From Eledone cirrhosa (taxonomy: Eukaryota), in NCBI GenBank assembly GCA_964016885.1, contig OZ024765.1, positions 7,626,001 through 7,690,000 of the forward strand: a stretch of 64,000 bases of DNA, written 5' to 3'. Under the pieces are notes generated by a model. That model had not been told where the DNA came from, searched no databases, and saw only the letters and a list, made by a program, of their open reading frames with translations. A program made the translations under genes and the position numbers. Positions 29,224 through 43,668 of the stretch are shown piece after piece (positions within the stretch are counted from its first letter, which is position 1; each line of letters begins with the position of its first letter).

Positions 29224-29373
29224 TATTTGTGTTGGGAAGGGCATCCAACTGTAGAAAACCTGCCAGACAGTCCTATGCGAGCAAGACAATCACTCTTGCC
29301 TCAAGTGGGAAAACCCCCGTCCAAACCCATGCAAGCGTGGAACACGGACGTTAAACGTTGATGATGATGATGA

Positions 29374-29451
<78 letters not shown>

Positions 29452-30570
29452 CGTGGAAAATGGACGTTAAACGAAGATGATGATGATGATGATGATGATA
29501 TATATTAGAAAGTGAACAACACAAAATATAACTACTCCATTACCAAAGGTTTCTGGATCACAGACAATAATAATATACGTCCGGATCGGTCGTCAGAGAG
29601 AGATGTTGTAGATAAAAGATATGAAATGAGATTTAAAATCTGTTAAAAATTGAGGCTGGAAAACTGACGGGTAATATACATAAGCAAAGAAGGGTAAGAA
29701 AAATAATATATAAAAAATATTTCACAAAGGTTTCTGGATCACAGATAATTGTCTCTACTTTAGGCACAAGGCCAGCAATTACCCAGTGCATTACTGGTAC
29801 TTTATTTTATCGACCCCGTAAGGATGAAAGGCAAAGTCAACCTCGGCGGGATTTGAACTTAGATCGTAAAGGGACGTAACTATGCTGGAAAGCATGGCGT
29901 CCGACCCTCTACTGATACTGCCAATCCACCGCCCTAGCATGGCGTCCGACCCTCTACTGATACTGCCAATCCACCGCCCGTTCCTGGATCACAGATAATG
30001 GTAGTAGTTATATTTTGTGTTGTTCAATTTCTAATTAAATAGCTCTGTTCTATACATAGAGCACTCTTTTTTCTTAGTTATTCCTTTGGAATTACCTAAC
30101 ACACACACACATACACACATATAGAAGGCACATGGCTTAGTGGTTAGAGCATTGGCCTTGCAATCGAAAGGTTGTGAGTTCAATTCTCAGAGTGATGTGG
30201 TGTTTCCTTGAGCAAGACACTTTATTTCACATTGCTCCAGTTAACTCAGCTGTAGAAATGAGATGATAGGGACTGAGGTCCCTATCATTCCACTGCAAAG
30301 TGGTCGTGGAGGTGCCACGGCAAAAAAGCACCCAGCACTCACTGTAAAATGGACGTGTAGGCGCCACGGAAGAAAAGCACCCAGCACTCACTGTAAATGA
30401 GGTTGGTGTTAGGAAGGGCATCCAGCTGTAGAAATCAAGCCAGAATCAGTTACCGTATGAGTAAGGTCAGCCGACCGGACACTGCCCATAACAGGACAAC
30501 CCGTCTAACCCATGCTAGCGCGGACATAAAACGGTGATGATGATGATGATATATATATATATATATATAT

Positions 30571-30776
30571 ATAACAGTTTTAATATAGATGAGATTCTAC
30601 AGGACTAGAACTGTTTCATTCATTAGAAATCATCAGGAATCAGGGATTCCTGATGATTTCTAATGAATGAAACAGTTCTAGTCCTGTAGAATCTCATCTA
30701 TATTAAAACTGTTATACTCTGCTATGTATTGAGTACCTTACTTACTGTGGTTACCTCCGATTCAACCCGGAATAAC

Positions 30777-30778
<2 letters not shown>
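30571..30778. mobile_element. Perfect inverted duplication of the Neptune-like pLTR hammerhead (30593-30641 -, 30645-30693 +) with a 3' tail
   Basis: Arms 30571-30641 and 30645-30715 with a 3-nt spacer. Nearly identical to 24191-24256. Confidence 0.85.
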
Positions 30779-30821
<43 letters not shown>

Positions 30822-30826
<5 letters not shown>

Positions 30827-31178
30827 TTTTTCCCCGGGATTCACGGGGGTTATATTTCTAGAGCACACACGAATATTGGACGTGGTCCTTAAAAATGCCT
30901 ACAAAAATATAACGTAAAATATAATAAAAAAAGATGGAGTGTCTTATGTGAAGGGGCGTCCAATAGGCTGGCAAATATGGTATATTGTTATTAATAATTT
31001 ACTGTTAAAATAATATATTTATTGCCATGATAAAATCCATAACAAGATCGTGGAAGATATTTATGATTCCACGAATATGCGGTGGTTACCACAAACAATT
31101 ATTATTTAGGTTCTAAGGAAAATTCCGTGAATAACCGAGGCTGCGAATGTTGGGGCCACGAATGTCGGGGGTACACTA
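30822..31178. mobile_element. pogo/Tigger-type MITE (second copy about 46649-46960)
   Basis: TA-CAGT... and ...GGGGTACACT(G/A)-TA ends; both copies share internal sequence. Confidence 0.6.
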
Positions 31179-31799
31179 TATATATATGGAGGCACATGGC
31201 TTAGTGGTTAGAGCATTGGCCTTGCAATCGAAAGGTTGTGAGTTCAATTCTCAGACAGGGTGATGTGTTGTTTCCTTGAGCAAGACACTTTATTTCACAT
31301 TGCTCCAGTTTACTCAGCTGTAGAAATGGAATGATAGGGACTGGGGTCCCTATCATTCCACTGCAAAGTGGTCGTGGAGGTTGCCACGGCAAAAAAGCAC
31401 CCAGCACTCACTGTAAATGAGGTTGGTGTTAGGAAGGGCATCCAGCTGTAGAAATCAAGCCAGAATCAGTTCCCGTCCCACCCTTGCAAGCAGGGAAAAG
31501 CGGACGTAAAATGATGATGATGATATTAACAGAAAGACGGACAGCCCCATCTCCTCAGTCAACTTCTGGAAAACACTAGTTTCAGTACATTAAGGTCAAT
31601 AATGTTCATTTCAAAGCAGGTTATGTTATGCCTTTAGGCAAATTACACAAATATTGAGTGTATAAGATATATGTATATGCATACATACACACACATAAAT
31701 AAGTATATATATATATATATACACCCCTAACAAAATACACCCTCACCCCATCCACACCACCCCCTTAATTGTGAAGTTATGTTGGTACCACAACATCCA

Positions 31800-32390
31800 G
31801 TCCGAAACAAATGAGGTTGTGTAGGTGTCACGACAAAAAAAACACACAGTCCACGCTGTAATGTGGCCGTGTAGGTAACACGGTAAAAACTTCCCAGTCC
31901 ACACTGTAAACGTGGTTGGTGTTAGGAAGGGCATCCAGCTGTAGAAAACCTGCCAGACAGTCCACGCTGTAATGTGGCCGTGTAGGTAACACGGTAAAAA
32001 CCTCCCAGTCCACACTGTAAATGTGGTTGGTGTTAGGAAGGGCATCCAGCTGTAGAAAACCCGCCAGATAGTCCACGCTGTAATGTGGCCGTGTAGGTAA
32101 CACGGTAAAAACCTCCCAGTCCACACTGTAAATGTGGTTGGTGTTAGGAAGGGCATCCAGCTGTAGAAAACCCGCCAGACAGTCCACGCTGTAATGTGGC
32201 CGTGTAGGTAACACGGTAAAAACCTCCCAGTCCACACTGTAAACGTGGTTGGTGTTAGGAAGGGCATCCAGCTGTAGAAAACCCGCCAGACAGTCCTGAG
32301 CAAGACAACCAATCTTGCCTCAAGTGGGACAATTCCCGTCCAGACTCATGCTAGCGTGGAAAATGGATGTTAAACGATGATGATGATGAT
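31800..32390 (+). repeat. SINE with a 120-bp internal segment tandemly amplified about 4 times
   Basis: GGAAGGGCATCCAGCTGTAGAAAACC...AGTCCACGCTGTAATGTGGCC unit repeated; inverted relatives at 21040-21420 and 32400-32700. Confidence 0.85.
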
Positions 32391-32764
32391 ATATATATAT
32401 ATCATCATCTTTTAACATCCATCTTCCACGCTAGCATGGGTTAGACGGAAGTTGTGCCACTTGAGGTTAGGTTGGTCGGGTGACCATGTCTCGCTCATAT
32501 AGGACTATCTGGCAGGTTTTCTACGGCTGGATGCCCTTCCTAACACCAACCACATTTACAGTGTGGAACTGGGAACTTTTTACCGTGTTACCTACACGGC
32601 CACATTACAGCATGGACTGAGTATTTATTTTTTTTTCTTGTTGTGACACACCTACACCATCTCGATCTCATTATCTCATTTATTTGGACTGGATGTTGTG
32701 GTACCAACTTTACAGAGAGAGGTTGGTGGGAGTGGGAGGATAGGGTAGGGGTAGTGGATTGGGT

Positions 32765-32798
<34 letters not shown>

Positions 32799-32895
32799 TA
32801 TAAAATATTTATATATATACATATACATATATGTATATAAATATTTATATATGTATATGTGTATGTATATATATAGATTGGGAGTTACCAGTTTA

Positions 32896-32949
<54 letters not shown>

Positions 32950-33193
32950 AGACGATAGTGGTAGTAATCTAACAGATAAACACACTGACTAAAAAGTAAA
33001 CAGACTTCCCCACCCCTCCTTCAAAACTGCATGATTAAAAATGGTAGCTTCTGTAGCCAGGCAGGCCTCTGAGTGTATGTGTGCACCAGTGTGTATGTGA
33101 GTGTGTGTCATTGTAGGTAGAACAGAAGGAAATATTGGATTCTAATAGTCACAGGCACTGTTATGGAATTTCAGGTATGTTTTGAAATGAGGC

Positions 33194-33311
<118 letters not shown>

Positions 33312-33414
33312 ATGATGATGATGCTAATTATATATATATATATATGATGCTAATTATATATATATATACACACACACACACACTTGTATATATATATATA
33401 TATATGATGATGCT

Positions 33415-33450
<36 letters not shown>

Positions 33451-33512
33451 TTGTATATATATATATATATATGATGATGCTAATTATATATATACACACA
33501 CACACACACTTG

Positions 33513-33543
<31 letters not shown>

Positions 33544-33547
33544 ATGC

Positions 33548-33587
<40 letters not shown>

Positions 33588-34117
33588 TAAATTAGCGAGA
33601 ATCGTATTTCGGCTTTGGAATTACCGAAAAACAACTCCCGAGATGTGTGGCAAGCGCTCAATAATTCTGACGAACCAGAGCTACAACATACGTTAAAGGC
33701 CAAACACACTGAGATGATGGTTAAACCATTATCCGCACAGCCATAGAAACGACCAAGTAATTTGGGTCAAACAAATAAAAAAATATGTGATTATATAAAA
33801 TCAAGGTTTAGCAAATAGAGAAAAAGTTTAAAAATATATTTTAAATAGTTCGCTGTACTTACTATATGTACCCTTACCGCGGGGTTTCAAATCACAAAAT
33901 AAATGGAATATGTATACACACACACACACACACATATATATATACATATACATATATATAGAGAGAGAGGAGGAGAGCAAAAGAAAGAGATAGATAAGAT
34001 CCCAACTTTGTTGGTAAGCGGTTTTAACTTGGGTCTTTTAACTACCTCACCCATTCTACATCTCAGGCATTGAGTACTCCCATGATTAGTTGTCTCCTCG
34101 GGCTCAGCACTGCAGAG

Positions 34118-34227
<110 letters not shown>

Positions 34228-34260
34228 GAAAAAGTGGAGAATAACATGGTCAACAAAAAA

Positions 34261-34501
34261 GAGGATTTATTTACAGTCTAACAATTGTTTCACTGATAAA
34301 GTTGTCTAAAAATTGCTGAACACTAGAAGCAATGCCACTCAATTTTAAATACGATGCTAGCTCGATCAGATCTTCGATCAGTTTCCGAAGATCTGATCGA
34401 GCTAGCATCGTATTTAAAATTGAGTTGTATTGCTTCTAGTGTTCAGCAATTTTTAGACAACTTTATCAGTGAAACAATTGTTAGACTGTAAATAAATCCT
34501 C
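34261..34501. repeat. Palindrome with arms of about 115 bp, about 215 bp upstream of boule exon 34718
   Basis: GAGGATTTATTTACAGTCTAACAATTGTTTCACTG... mirrored by ...CAGTGAAACAATTGTTAGACTGTAAATAAATCCTC. Confidence 0.9.
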
Positions 34502-34717
34502 TTAACATAAGTATGAGCGGCTAGTTACAGTTGGTTTGAACAGAAAGGTGAGAGAATTCTGGCCGAATATGGCCAGTTTAAATGCAAAGTACTTCATTAG
34601 AAATATACTAACGAAATGGTTAATGAGAAAGATTTCATTATTTTTTTTTTTTACTGTGAAAATTATTTATCTAAATGTTAGCTGGTTTCATTTAAAATAT
34701 AACAGTCTCCTTCACAG

Positions 34718-34809
34718 ACAACAGAGGCAGAATTGAAGGCATTTTTCACATCATATGGAACAGTGAAAGACACAAAAATAATTGCAGACCGAGGTGGGGT
34801 GTCGAAAGG
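34718..34809 (+). CDS. boule: boule RRM exon: TTEAELKAFFTSYGTVKDTKIIADRGGVSKG
   Basis: CTTCACAG acceptor and GG|GTAAGT donor, 92 nt, phase 0 to 2. Continues the RRM in frame up to RNP1. Confidence 0.95.
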
Positions 34810-35813
34810 GTAAGTTAACCTTTTTGTTTTATATATATACTAGTATAGTACCTGTCGAAATTGACGAGGTTTATAGTAAAAAAAATATATATTTAATTTA
34901 ATAATTCCTTGATTACAATATTCTGTGTAAAGATGTCTGAATTTCCAGGACTGCCACATATGAGCAGAAGATGGCTAGATACTAGGACTTGACAAATAAC
35001 ATCCTTTTTTGTGCTGATTACCATCAAGACCTCTGGTGTCCTCAGTCCCTGGACTTCCACAGAAGAGCAGAAGATAGCTAGATACGAGGACTTAACTAAC
35101 CAGTTCCTTTTCATAACGGTCACCATCAAAAGCTCTGGTGCCCTTGATCCCTAGATTGCCACAAAGGAGCGAAAGATAACCGAACTAATGTTTTCCTCTG
35201 CAAAATTAGGATGAGTGCATCTTGTTTGTGAAAGTAGCTAAGGTGAAGTGGTTGATGCAGTGGATGTTGTATGTTCTACACCAAAATTCTTTCACTCTCA
35301 AGTCAGCAGAGTGCACTTAATACCACCAGCGAGATATGCACAGTTTGTCACCCCTTCCCCTTTTCCTCTTTTATCATTTTTCATGATTTAGTTTTTGTTT
35401 CTTCCTTATTTTCTCCCTCTTCCTGTTTTTTTTCCTACCTTACTTTAATACTATTTTTTTTAAGTAAGCAGAGTTTTTAGAAAGTCAGATAGAATGCTTT
35501 GTGGTATTTGGTCCCTCTTTCTGGTCAACTTTGCCTTTCATTAAGTCAAGGTCGATAAAAAAAGTACCAGTCTAATACTGGGGTCATTACTTCCTTTATA
35601 TCTCTTTCTCACTTCCATTCTCTCACTCTCTGCCCTTCTCTGGAAGAAATCTGCTGTATTCAGACCTGGATGGGCTCTGTCAGGTTTTTAAATTGCCGTA
35701 GAAACACTGTATGTCGATACGGTGACCCTAGGAGTTACAGAACCATGTAACCATGCATGCATTTTTTAAATACTTTCATTATTGTATTGTTAATAATATT
35801 TTTCTTCTCTCAG

Positions 35814-35871
35814 TTATGGGTTTGTAACATTTGAAAATCAAGAAGATGCTGATAGGATATTAAAAAAAGAG
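35814..35871 (+). CDS. boule: boule RNP1 exon: (G)YGFVTFENQEDADRILKKE
   Basis: Pyrimidine tract plus CAG acceptor, GAG|GTAAGT donor, 58 nt, phase 2 to 0. Completes RNP1 KGYGFVTF. Confidence 0.95.
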
Positions 35872-36473
35872 GTAAGTTTATATTATTTTAAGAATGTGTT
35901 TATGTCTTAGTTTTTGATTAGATCGGCAGAGCCAATTCAAACTGGTAATATTTGATAAAATTTAAATTCATTTAGTGTAACAATTATGAAAATAATTATT
36001 CTGTTGGATTAAATGGTATAAACCTTAATGGACTGAAACTGTAGTGATTTTGAGAGTTTGACTGAGGAGATGGGACTGTCCATTTTTCTGTTGTTTTTTT
36101 CCATTGTCTTTGTCCTGTGCACTCCCTATTGAATATATGTATGTGTGTGTGTATATATATGTATATATATACATACATATATGTGTATAAGTATATGTGT
36201 GTATCTCGTCTAGTCTCAAGCCCAGAGGATCATCAGGCTGGTGTTAATCAAGGTTTTGTGGCATTAAGCGACTGAGAGTACAATACTCCCACCTGGACAG
36301 GGTGCCAGACCATCGCAGGGTTAAACTCCCAGCTATTGCTGGAACTCATTTTTAGTTGAGTATACTGGAACCACATGAAATGAAGTGTTTTGTTTGAGAA
36401 CACACAGCTCAGTCCAGAGATTGAACCCACAACATTATGGTCATAAAACCAACACCCTTACCACCATGTAATT

Positions 36474-36581
<108 letters not shown>

Positions 36582-37747
36582 TACATACATATATATATAC
36601 ATATATGGTGGCTGCCAACTCGTTTTCGAGTACGGCCACTACTTTATATCCATGTAGGAGAACCCCTACCGATGCGCTGAACGAGTGTGACTTTTTAGTC
36701 CAGCCAGCGACTTGAAAACTCTGGTACAAACACTACACTTGTGACAATTATTGACACATAGTGCTGGGCCCATGGTACCATGTGACGACAGGTGCAGAGA
36801 GATCTCCAGATATAAAGCAATGCTTGTGCCGGGAAGCTTTTATAGTGAGCAAAGGCACTGCACAAAGCCAGTCCCACTCTCTTAACCAAGATGATATTTA
36901 CCAAAAAGAAGAACAAGTCAACATCATTGGATACCATCAGGGTTGCAGGTGTTATATCAGAGTTTTCCTTCTCCTAGAATTCTGCCTTGACAAAGGCTAA
37001 GAGGTCATCTCTTCCGGATATATATACATATATATATATACATATATATATACATATATACATACATATATACATACATATATACATACATATATACACA
37101 CATACAGTCCTATACGAGTGAGACATGCTCACCCGATCAATCTTGCCTCAAGCGGAACAATTCCCGTCTAACCTATGCTAGCGTGGAAGATAGACGTTAA
37201 ACGATGATGATGATGATGATGATGATGATGATATATATATATATATATAATAGGGTATTGTAGTTTTCTTGAGGCATTATGTTAGTGTATAAAGCAGTAT
37301 GTTGCTCAATGCAAGATGGACAGTAGATATTGGAATAAATTGAAGACAACGAAGATGTTGGTTTGTCACCTGTTATTTTATTTACCTGCCTTAATATTTT
37401 GGGCCTAAAAACCCTTCATCAGATGACTATAATGAAAACCGGCCCAGAGTTTTGTGTTTTTGCTGTTTAGAGGCTTGCCATTTTTTCCTAAACTCTACTG
37501 TCCATTTTCCATTGCTGTAGCCTTCAAGTAACATACTACTTTATATATATATATATATATAACGGAGGAAATGTGCTAAGGAACCAGGTGGACCATAACG
37601 CACCAAAGTACTCAATACTTAGGGTAGTAGAGTGGGTAATAGGAACGAGTAGGACCCCGACGGCTGAGCTCAAGCCGTTTCGACGGCTAATTCTGGACAA
37701 TTAGCCATCGAAACGGCTTGAGCTCAGCCGTCGGGGTCCTACTCGTT

Positions 37748-37785
<38 letters not shown>

Positions 37786-38296
37786 TATATATATGTATAT
37801 GTATATATATATATCATCATCATCATCATCATCATCATTTTACGTCCGCTTTTCCCTGCTTGCAAGGGTGAGACATCTATAATAGATATAATATAATATA
37901 ATATATATATATATATTTATATATATATTTATATATATATATATACATACACATACATACATGCTTGCATGCATGAATGCATGTCGAAGTTGCAGCTGCA
38001 GTAGAGCAGATACCAATTGAATTGTTTGAGGCAGCCACAAAACACTTGATGGTGGGAGAAGTTAATAAAATGTTCGTCCAGAGTAAATACAAAATTAAGA
38101 AAATGTGACACCATGAATAAAACGACCAGGTGTGTGTGGCCATAGTTTATAACCACAACTACGACAAATACAAACAGGTAGGATATATATATATATAGTT
38201 GAAAATGAAGGAAATTACTTGGTAGTGTAAGATATATTTGGAGAAAGACTTGGTGGTTGGTATTCTTTAACTCTTTAGCATTTACATTACTCTATA

Positions 38297-38801
38297 CTAG
38301 CTGAAAAACCACCCCTTCCGGTGGTTTTCTGCCAGCATGGGTAGTGTGTATATTGATATTATACGCAGGTATATATACATGTAGATATGATACATCAAAT
38401 AAAATTGTAGATACATCAAATAAAATTGTAATTGACAATATACACAGAAATTGAACGAAGACTGCGTTACACTGTTTTATGTAATCAGTAAAGTAATCCA
38501 TGATACATTAAAAAAAGACGATATTATATATAAACTGCATTAGGAGAAAATTAGTGACGGAAATATATGAATGTTTATTTAAATGATCGCTAACCGGAAG
38601 TGTTGACATTTGAAAATTTTAAAGAAGTGAATCTTTAAATAAATAATAAAATATATTTAATGAACAGCCACAAAATTTAGTAGATAAATTATGTAATATT
38701 CATTCATTATTTATTCAAAGTAATCCAACTTATTTTACTAAGGGGATAAAAAATTATAAACCGTATACAGTCCTGCGCTTCTTACTTTATTATAGTTTAG
38801 A
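38297..38801 (-). mobile_element. Non-autonomous Helitron, 505 bp, nested in a piggyBac-type MITE
   Basis: Minus strand 5' TCTAAACTATAATAAAG and 3' CTAG, with subterminal hairpin GAAAACCACC/GGTGGTTTTTC. A|T insertion site; the flanks resemble the MITE sequence at 38836. Confidence 0.8.
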
Positions 38802-38821
38802 TTTACTATTGTATTTTCACG

Positions 38822-39222
38822 TTAACCCTTTAGCATTCAAATTACTCTATATATACTATTGTATTTTCATGGTAAAGGCTTTACCTCACATAATTATCTC
38901 ACATAATATCGAATCTGAGATTTTGAAAGTATTTATTTTGAGAACAATACCTTAACATCAGTTTGAGTGACCAGTTACAGCCAGTTTCAACAGAAAAAGG
39001 TAGAGAATTCTAGCCAGTTTTGGCCGGTTTGAACATTAAAGGGTTAAAGGCTTTATCTTACATAATTATCTCACATAATATTGAATCTATGAGATTTTGA
39101 TTTTATTTATTTTGCGAACAATACCTTAACATCAGTATTAGTGGTCAGTTACAACTGGTTTGAACAGAAAGAGGTGAGAGAATTCTGGCCGGATATGGCT
39201 GGTTTACATGCTAAAGGGTTAA
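38822..39222. mobile_element. piggyBac-type MITE family (also about 12460-12674, 26387-26598, 42049-42489)
   Basis: TTAA-CCCTTTAGCATT ... (A)ATGCTAAAGGG-TTAA termini with a shared interior of about 220 bp. Confidence 0.8.
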
Positions 39223-39392
39223 TAGTTCAAATATTTACAGTAAGTCATTATTGATATTATATCTGGTAATACCTTGTTAACTTTCTGGGGAACTTTCTCA
39301 AATCTACTACCAGAACTAATACCAATAATGACTTACTGTAAAGATTTGAAATATTAAAGAACACCAACCAGCAGTGAAGTCATTCTTCTTTT

Positions 39393-39428
<36 letters not shown>

Positions 39429-39977
39429 TATATTGTTATATTTGGGGAGGGTCATATTTGCGTAATATTGCCAGAATTAATAACAGAACACACTCACTGT
39501 TTGGTCGGTTTTCGCTTCTCGCTGTCTTTTATATCTGTTCTGTTATTAATTCTGGCAATATTACGCAAATATGACCCTCCCCAAATATAACAATATCTGT
39601 TTCGACACACGATTTCATATAAAAAACCTCGCTAAACTATATATATATATATATATATATATTTATTAAAATAACAGATTAAAGTTTAAGCAAAGAATCG
39701 CTGCTTTCACCCTTAACGGGATCTTCTAATTTGCTCTATGGTTCTTATATATTTGATATATATTTATCCTTATCGAGCCCTCTTTGGATTTTAGTCTCCA
39801 AATTTATTATTATTACTATATATATATATATTAGGTTATATTGGAGTTTACCAATATATGTCCTGGTAAAGATTATAGAAGCTCAATACAAATCAGTATA
39901 CTTGGTCGATATATTTATATATATGTATCTCTCTCTCTCTATATATATAAATATAAATATATATATGTATGTGTATT

Positions 39978-40008
<31 letters not shown>

Positions 40009-40227
40009 GTGTATATATATACATATGTATGTATGTGTATATGTATATATGTGTGTGTGTGTGTATATATATGTATATATATATATACATATATATATTA
40101 TTAGGGTAAACATTGATACAATTCAATTCAAGCCCTCAACGTACTTTTTCCACATAGGAGTGACGGAGTAAATATCGAATAAGGAAAAGCGAAGTAGTTT
40201 CAGATGTTCAAGTCCTTTAATAATAAT

Positions 40228-40301
40228 GCTGTGATATATATTTCAATGACGACACTGGCCTCACTGTTCTGTGTGCGAGTGTCGTGTCATCATCAGACAG
40301 C
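40228..40301 (-). ncRNA. Minimal type I hammerhead motif inside an inverted-repeat element (40174-40610)
   Basis: Reverse complement reads GCTGT-CTGATGA-TGACACGACACT...AGTGTCGTCATT-GAAA-T-ATAT-A-TC-ACAGC. Confidence 0.7.
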
Positions 40302-42594
40302 TTGTTACATAATAAGGTTGTTTCCGAGGCAATCCAAATTGAATCCGTTCCCATGTCGATTCAATTTGGATTGCCTCGGTGGATTGGCAGTATCGGTAGA
40401 GGGTCGGACGCCATGCTTTCCAGCATAGTTACGTCCCTTTACAATCTGAGTTCAAATCCCGCCGAGGTTGACTTTGCCTTTCATCCTTACGGGGTCGATA
40501 AAATAAAGTACCAGTAATGCACTGGGTGATTGCTGGCCTTGTGCCTAAAGTAGAAACAATTATTATTAAAGGACTTGAACATCTGAAACTACTTCGCTTT
40601 TCCTTATTCTATACATATATATATATAGATAGAAAGAGAGAGAGTCAGACAAACAAACATTGGTAGTAGTAGGGAGATTGAAATGTTTCTATATGATGCA
40701 AAACTGGGTGGTTGAAAAAGTAAATAGATTATAAAAAATGTTAAGTTTTTATGGTGCTTAGAATCCAGAGTGGAGTGGTTTTTACTTACCAACCCTGTAT
40801 ATATATGTATATATATATGTGTGTGTGTGTATGTATGTTTGTGTATATATATAACAGCTAATGAAACTTCCTCTATTGCTTGTACTATTGCCAAGAAACG
40901 AAAGAGATTTCTGAAATACTATAGCGACTAGCCTATAGCTTTCTATTCCCCTCCCCCTATCTGTGGATGTGCATGTATATATATAAATAAAATATGTAAG
41001 TATGCACATGTATGTATAAACACATACACAAATAAATAAACACATACACACATGAGACATGCATTCTTTTTAGCAGTCTCATATTTATAAAAATTCCTCA
41101 TTAGAGAGTGTGTTGAGATGGTTATATGCTTGTAAGCAAGCTGATGTGTATATATATAATAGAATTAAAAACTCACCGTATTATTGACTGCAGAACATAT
41201 GAATAATGGAATAAAAATGGGCATAACCATGCTTAAATCTTAGCACCCTGTACTACATGAAACCCCATTAGCAAAGCATTCTCTAAAAGTACAAAAGAGC
41301 ATTATGACTGCACCACATTAAATATTGAAGTCTTTATTTTACTATTGTAAATTTTCACAAAAATCTGTTCCCTAGTAAAGATATTATAAACATTTGAATT
41401 AACAAACCATTTGAAACTACATTAGCAAGACATTGTTGAACGGTAGAAAACAGCACTATGACTGCATTACATTAAAAGTTCAATTCTTTACTCCAATATT
41501 GCAAATGTCAACAACAATCTGTCCACTATTAAATATACTATAAACATTTGAATTAACAAACCACATGGAATCACATTAACTAGACTTTGTTGAAAAGTAC
41601 AAAACGATACTATGACTGCATCACATTAAATATTGAAGTCTTTAATACTGCAAATTTGCACAATCTGTCCACCAGTAAAGACACTAAATAAACATTTCAA
41701 TTGTCAAATCTGTTTTTAGATATATTTCAGCTAAATCATTATTGAATGTAAAAGCTTCATACTGCAGGTCTTCACAACAATCTATCCACTAGTAAAGATA
41801 CTATAAACATTTGAATTAACAGCCAACATGAAACCACATTAGCAAGACATTGTATCAACATCACATTAAATATTATAGTCTTTACTCTAATACTGTAAAT
41901 CTCACAACAATCTGTCTACTAGTAAATAAACATTTGAATATTTTAGATGTTTTTTTTCTGCTAAATCATTACAGGATATTAAGAGTTAAATTGCACAAGA
42001 TAGGGATACAGTGGAGAAGCTTGTTGTGGGGGGTCCTGCTCTGCAATGTTAGCCCTTTAGCATTTAAACCGGCTGTATCCGGCCAGAAGTCTCTCACCTC
42101 ATTCTATTTAGCCCATTAGCATTTAAACCGGCCGTATCTGGCCAGAATTCTCTCCCCTTTTCTGTTCAAACCAGCCATAACTGGTCACTCGTATCTACTT
42201 TAAGGTATTGTCATCAAAATAAATAATATCAAAATCTCATAGATTCGATATCATGTGAGATAATTATGTGAAGTAAAGCCTTTTCTGTGAAAATACAACA
42301 AATTATATAGAGTAATGTAGATGCCAAAGGGTTAAACCGGCTGTAACTGGGCGATCATACTTATGTGATGGTATTGTACTCAAAGTAAATATCATCAAAA
42401 TCCCATAGATTTGATATTATGTGAGGTAAAGATTTTACCGTGAAAATACAATGGTAAATATAGAATAATGTAAGTGCTAAAGGGTTAAACCCTGCTTTAG
42501 CACGGGGAATGGCTCTCGCCCTAAAATGCTTGGTGTAAATGTTGTTTGTTCAGTTACAAAACTAGTAAACTTGTTTTCAAATATAATAATTTAG

Positions 42595-43195
42595 CATCAT
42601 CATCATCATCATCACCACATCCACAACTACACCACCATCATCACCTTCACCATCACAACCACCACCACCACCATCACCATCATCACTATCAATACCACAT
42701 CTACATCATCAGCACCACCACCACCACCACCACCATCTTCACCATGACCACCACCATCTTCACCATGACCACCACCACCTCAACTCCCACCATTGATACC
42801 ACCATTGCCACCTCCATCGCCTTCACCACCACCACCACCACTGCCATCAATACCACGTCCACATCATCACCACCCCACCACCACCACCACCGCCACCACC
42901 ATCACCATCTTCACCACCATCACCATCACCGCCATCACCAATACACCTCCACAACCACCATCACCACCACCACAATCACCACCACTACCACCCCCTACCA
43001 CCAACGATACACCTCCACAACCACCATCACCACCACTACCACCCCCTACCACCAACAATACACCTCCACAACCACCATCACCACCACTACCACCCCCTAC
43101 CACCAACAATACACCTCCACAACCACTGCCACCATCTTCATTATCACGACCACCACCACCACCACCACCATCGCCACCATCATCATCCATTTAAC
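42595..43195. repeat. (CAC/CAT)n simple repeat with a higher-order unit of about 51 bp
   Basis: Poly-His/Thr/Pro pseudo-ORFs; ACACCTCCACAACCACCATCACCACCAC repeated. Confidence 0.9.
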
Positions 43196-43601
43196 ATCAT
43201 TTAACATCCATTTTCCTTGCTAAATGATTAATAACAATGATGACAATGATGATGATGTTGATGATAATTCTATATCAAACACAATGAATGTTATACTTTT
43301 TTACCTCTGCCTTCACAAATATATTTTTTTCAACTCATATGTGCTTTTCTGCTGTCTCCTTTTTATGATTTTCTGATGAAAAGGGTATGTATTATCACAC
43401 CACCATATCGTTTGGTTTCAAATTGTAAATGTTTTTTTGTTGTTATAAAACGGTTGTCTAGAAGTAGTTGGTTCCTTATATCAAGCAATAGTTATTATTT
43501 CTTTTTGTTTAAATGTGTTCAGCTGTGATGTTGTTTCAGTTTTCCTGCGTGTTGTTCTTTACTTTCCACCACACACCCACACCACCCTATTATTTTTTCT
43601 T

Positions 43602-43668
<67 letters not shown>

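Noticed and set aside
42546-43223. His/Thr/Pro-rich extensin- or mucin-like ORFs
   Set aside because: (CAC)n simple repeat inside a boule intron, with no supporting splice signals.
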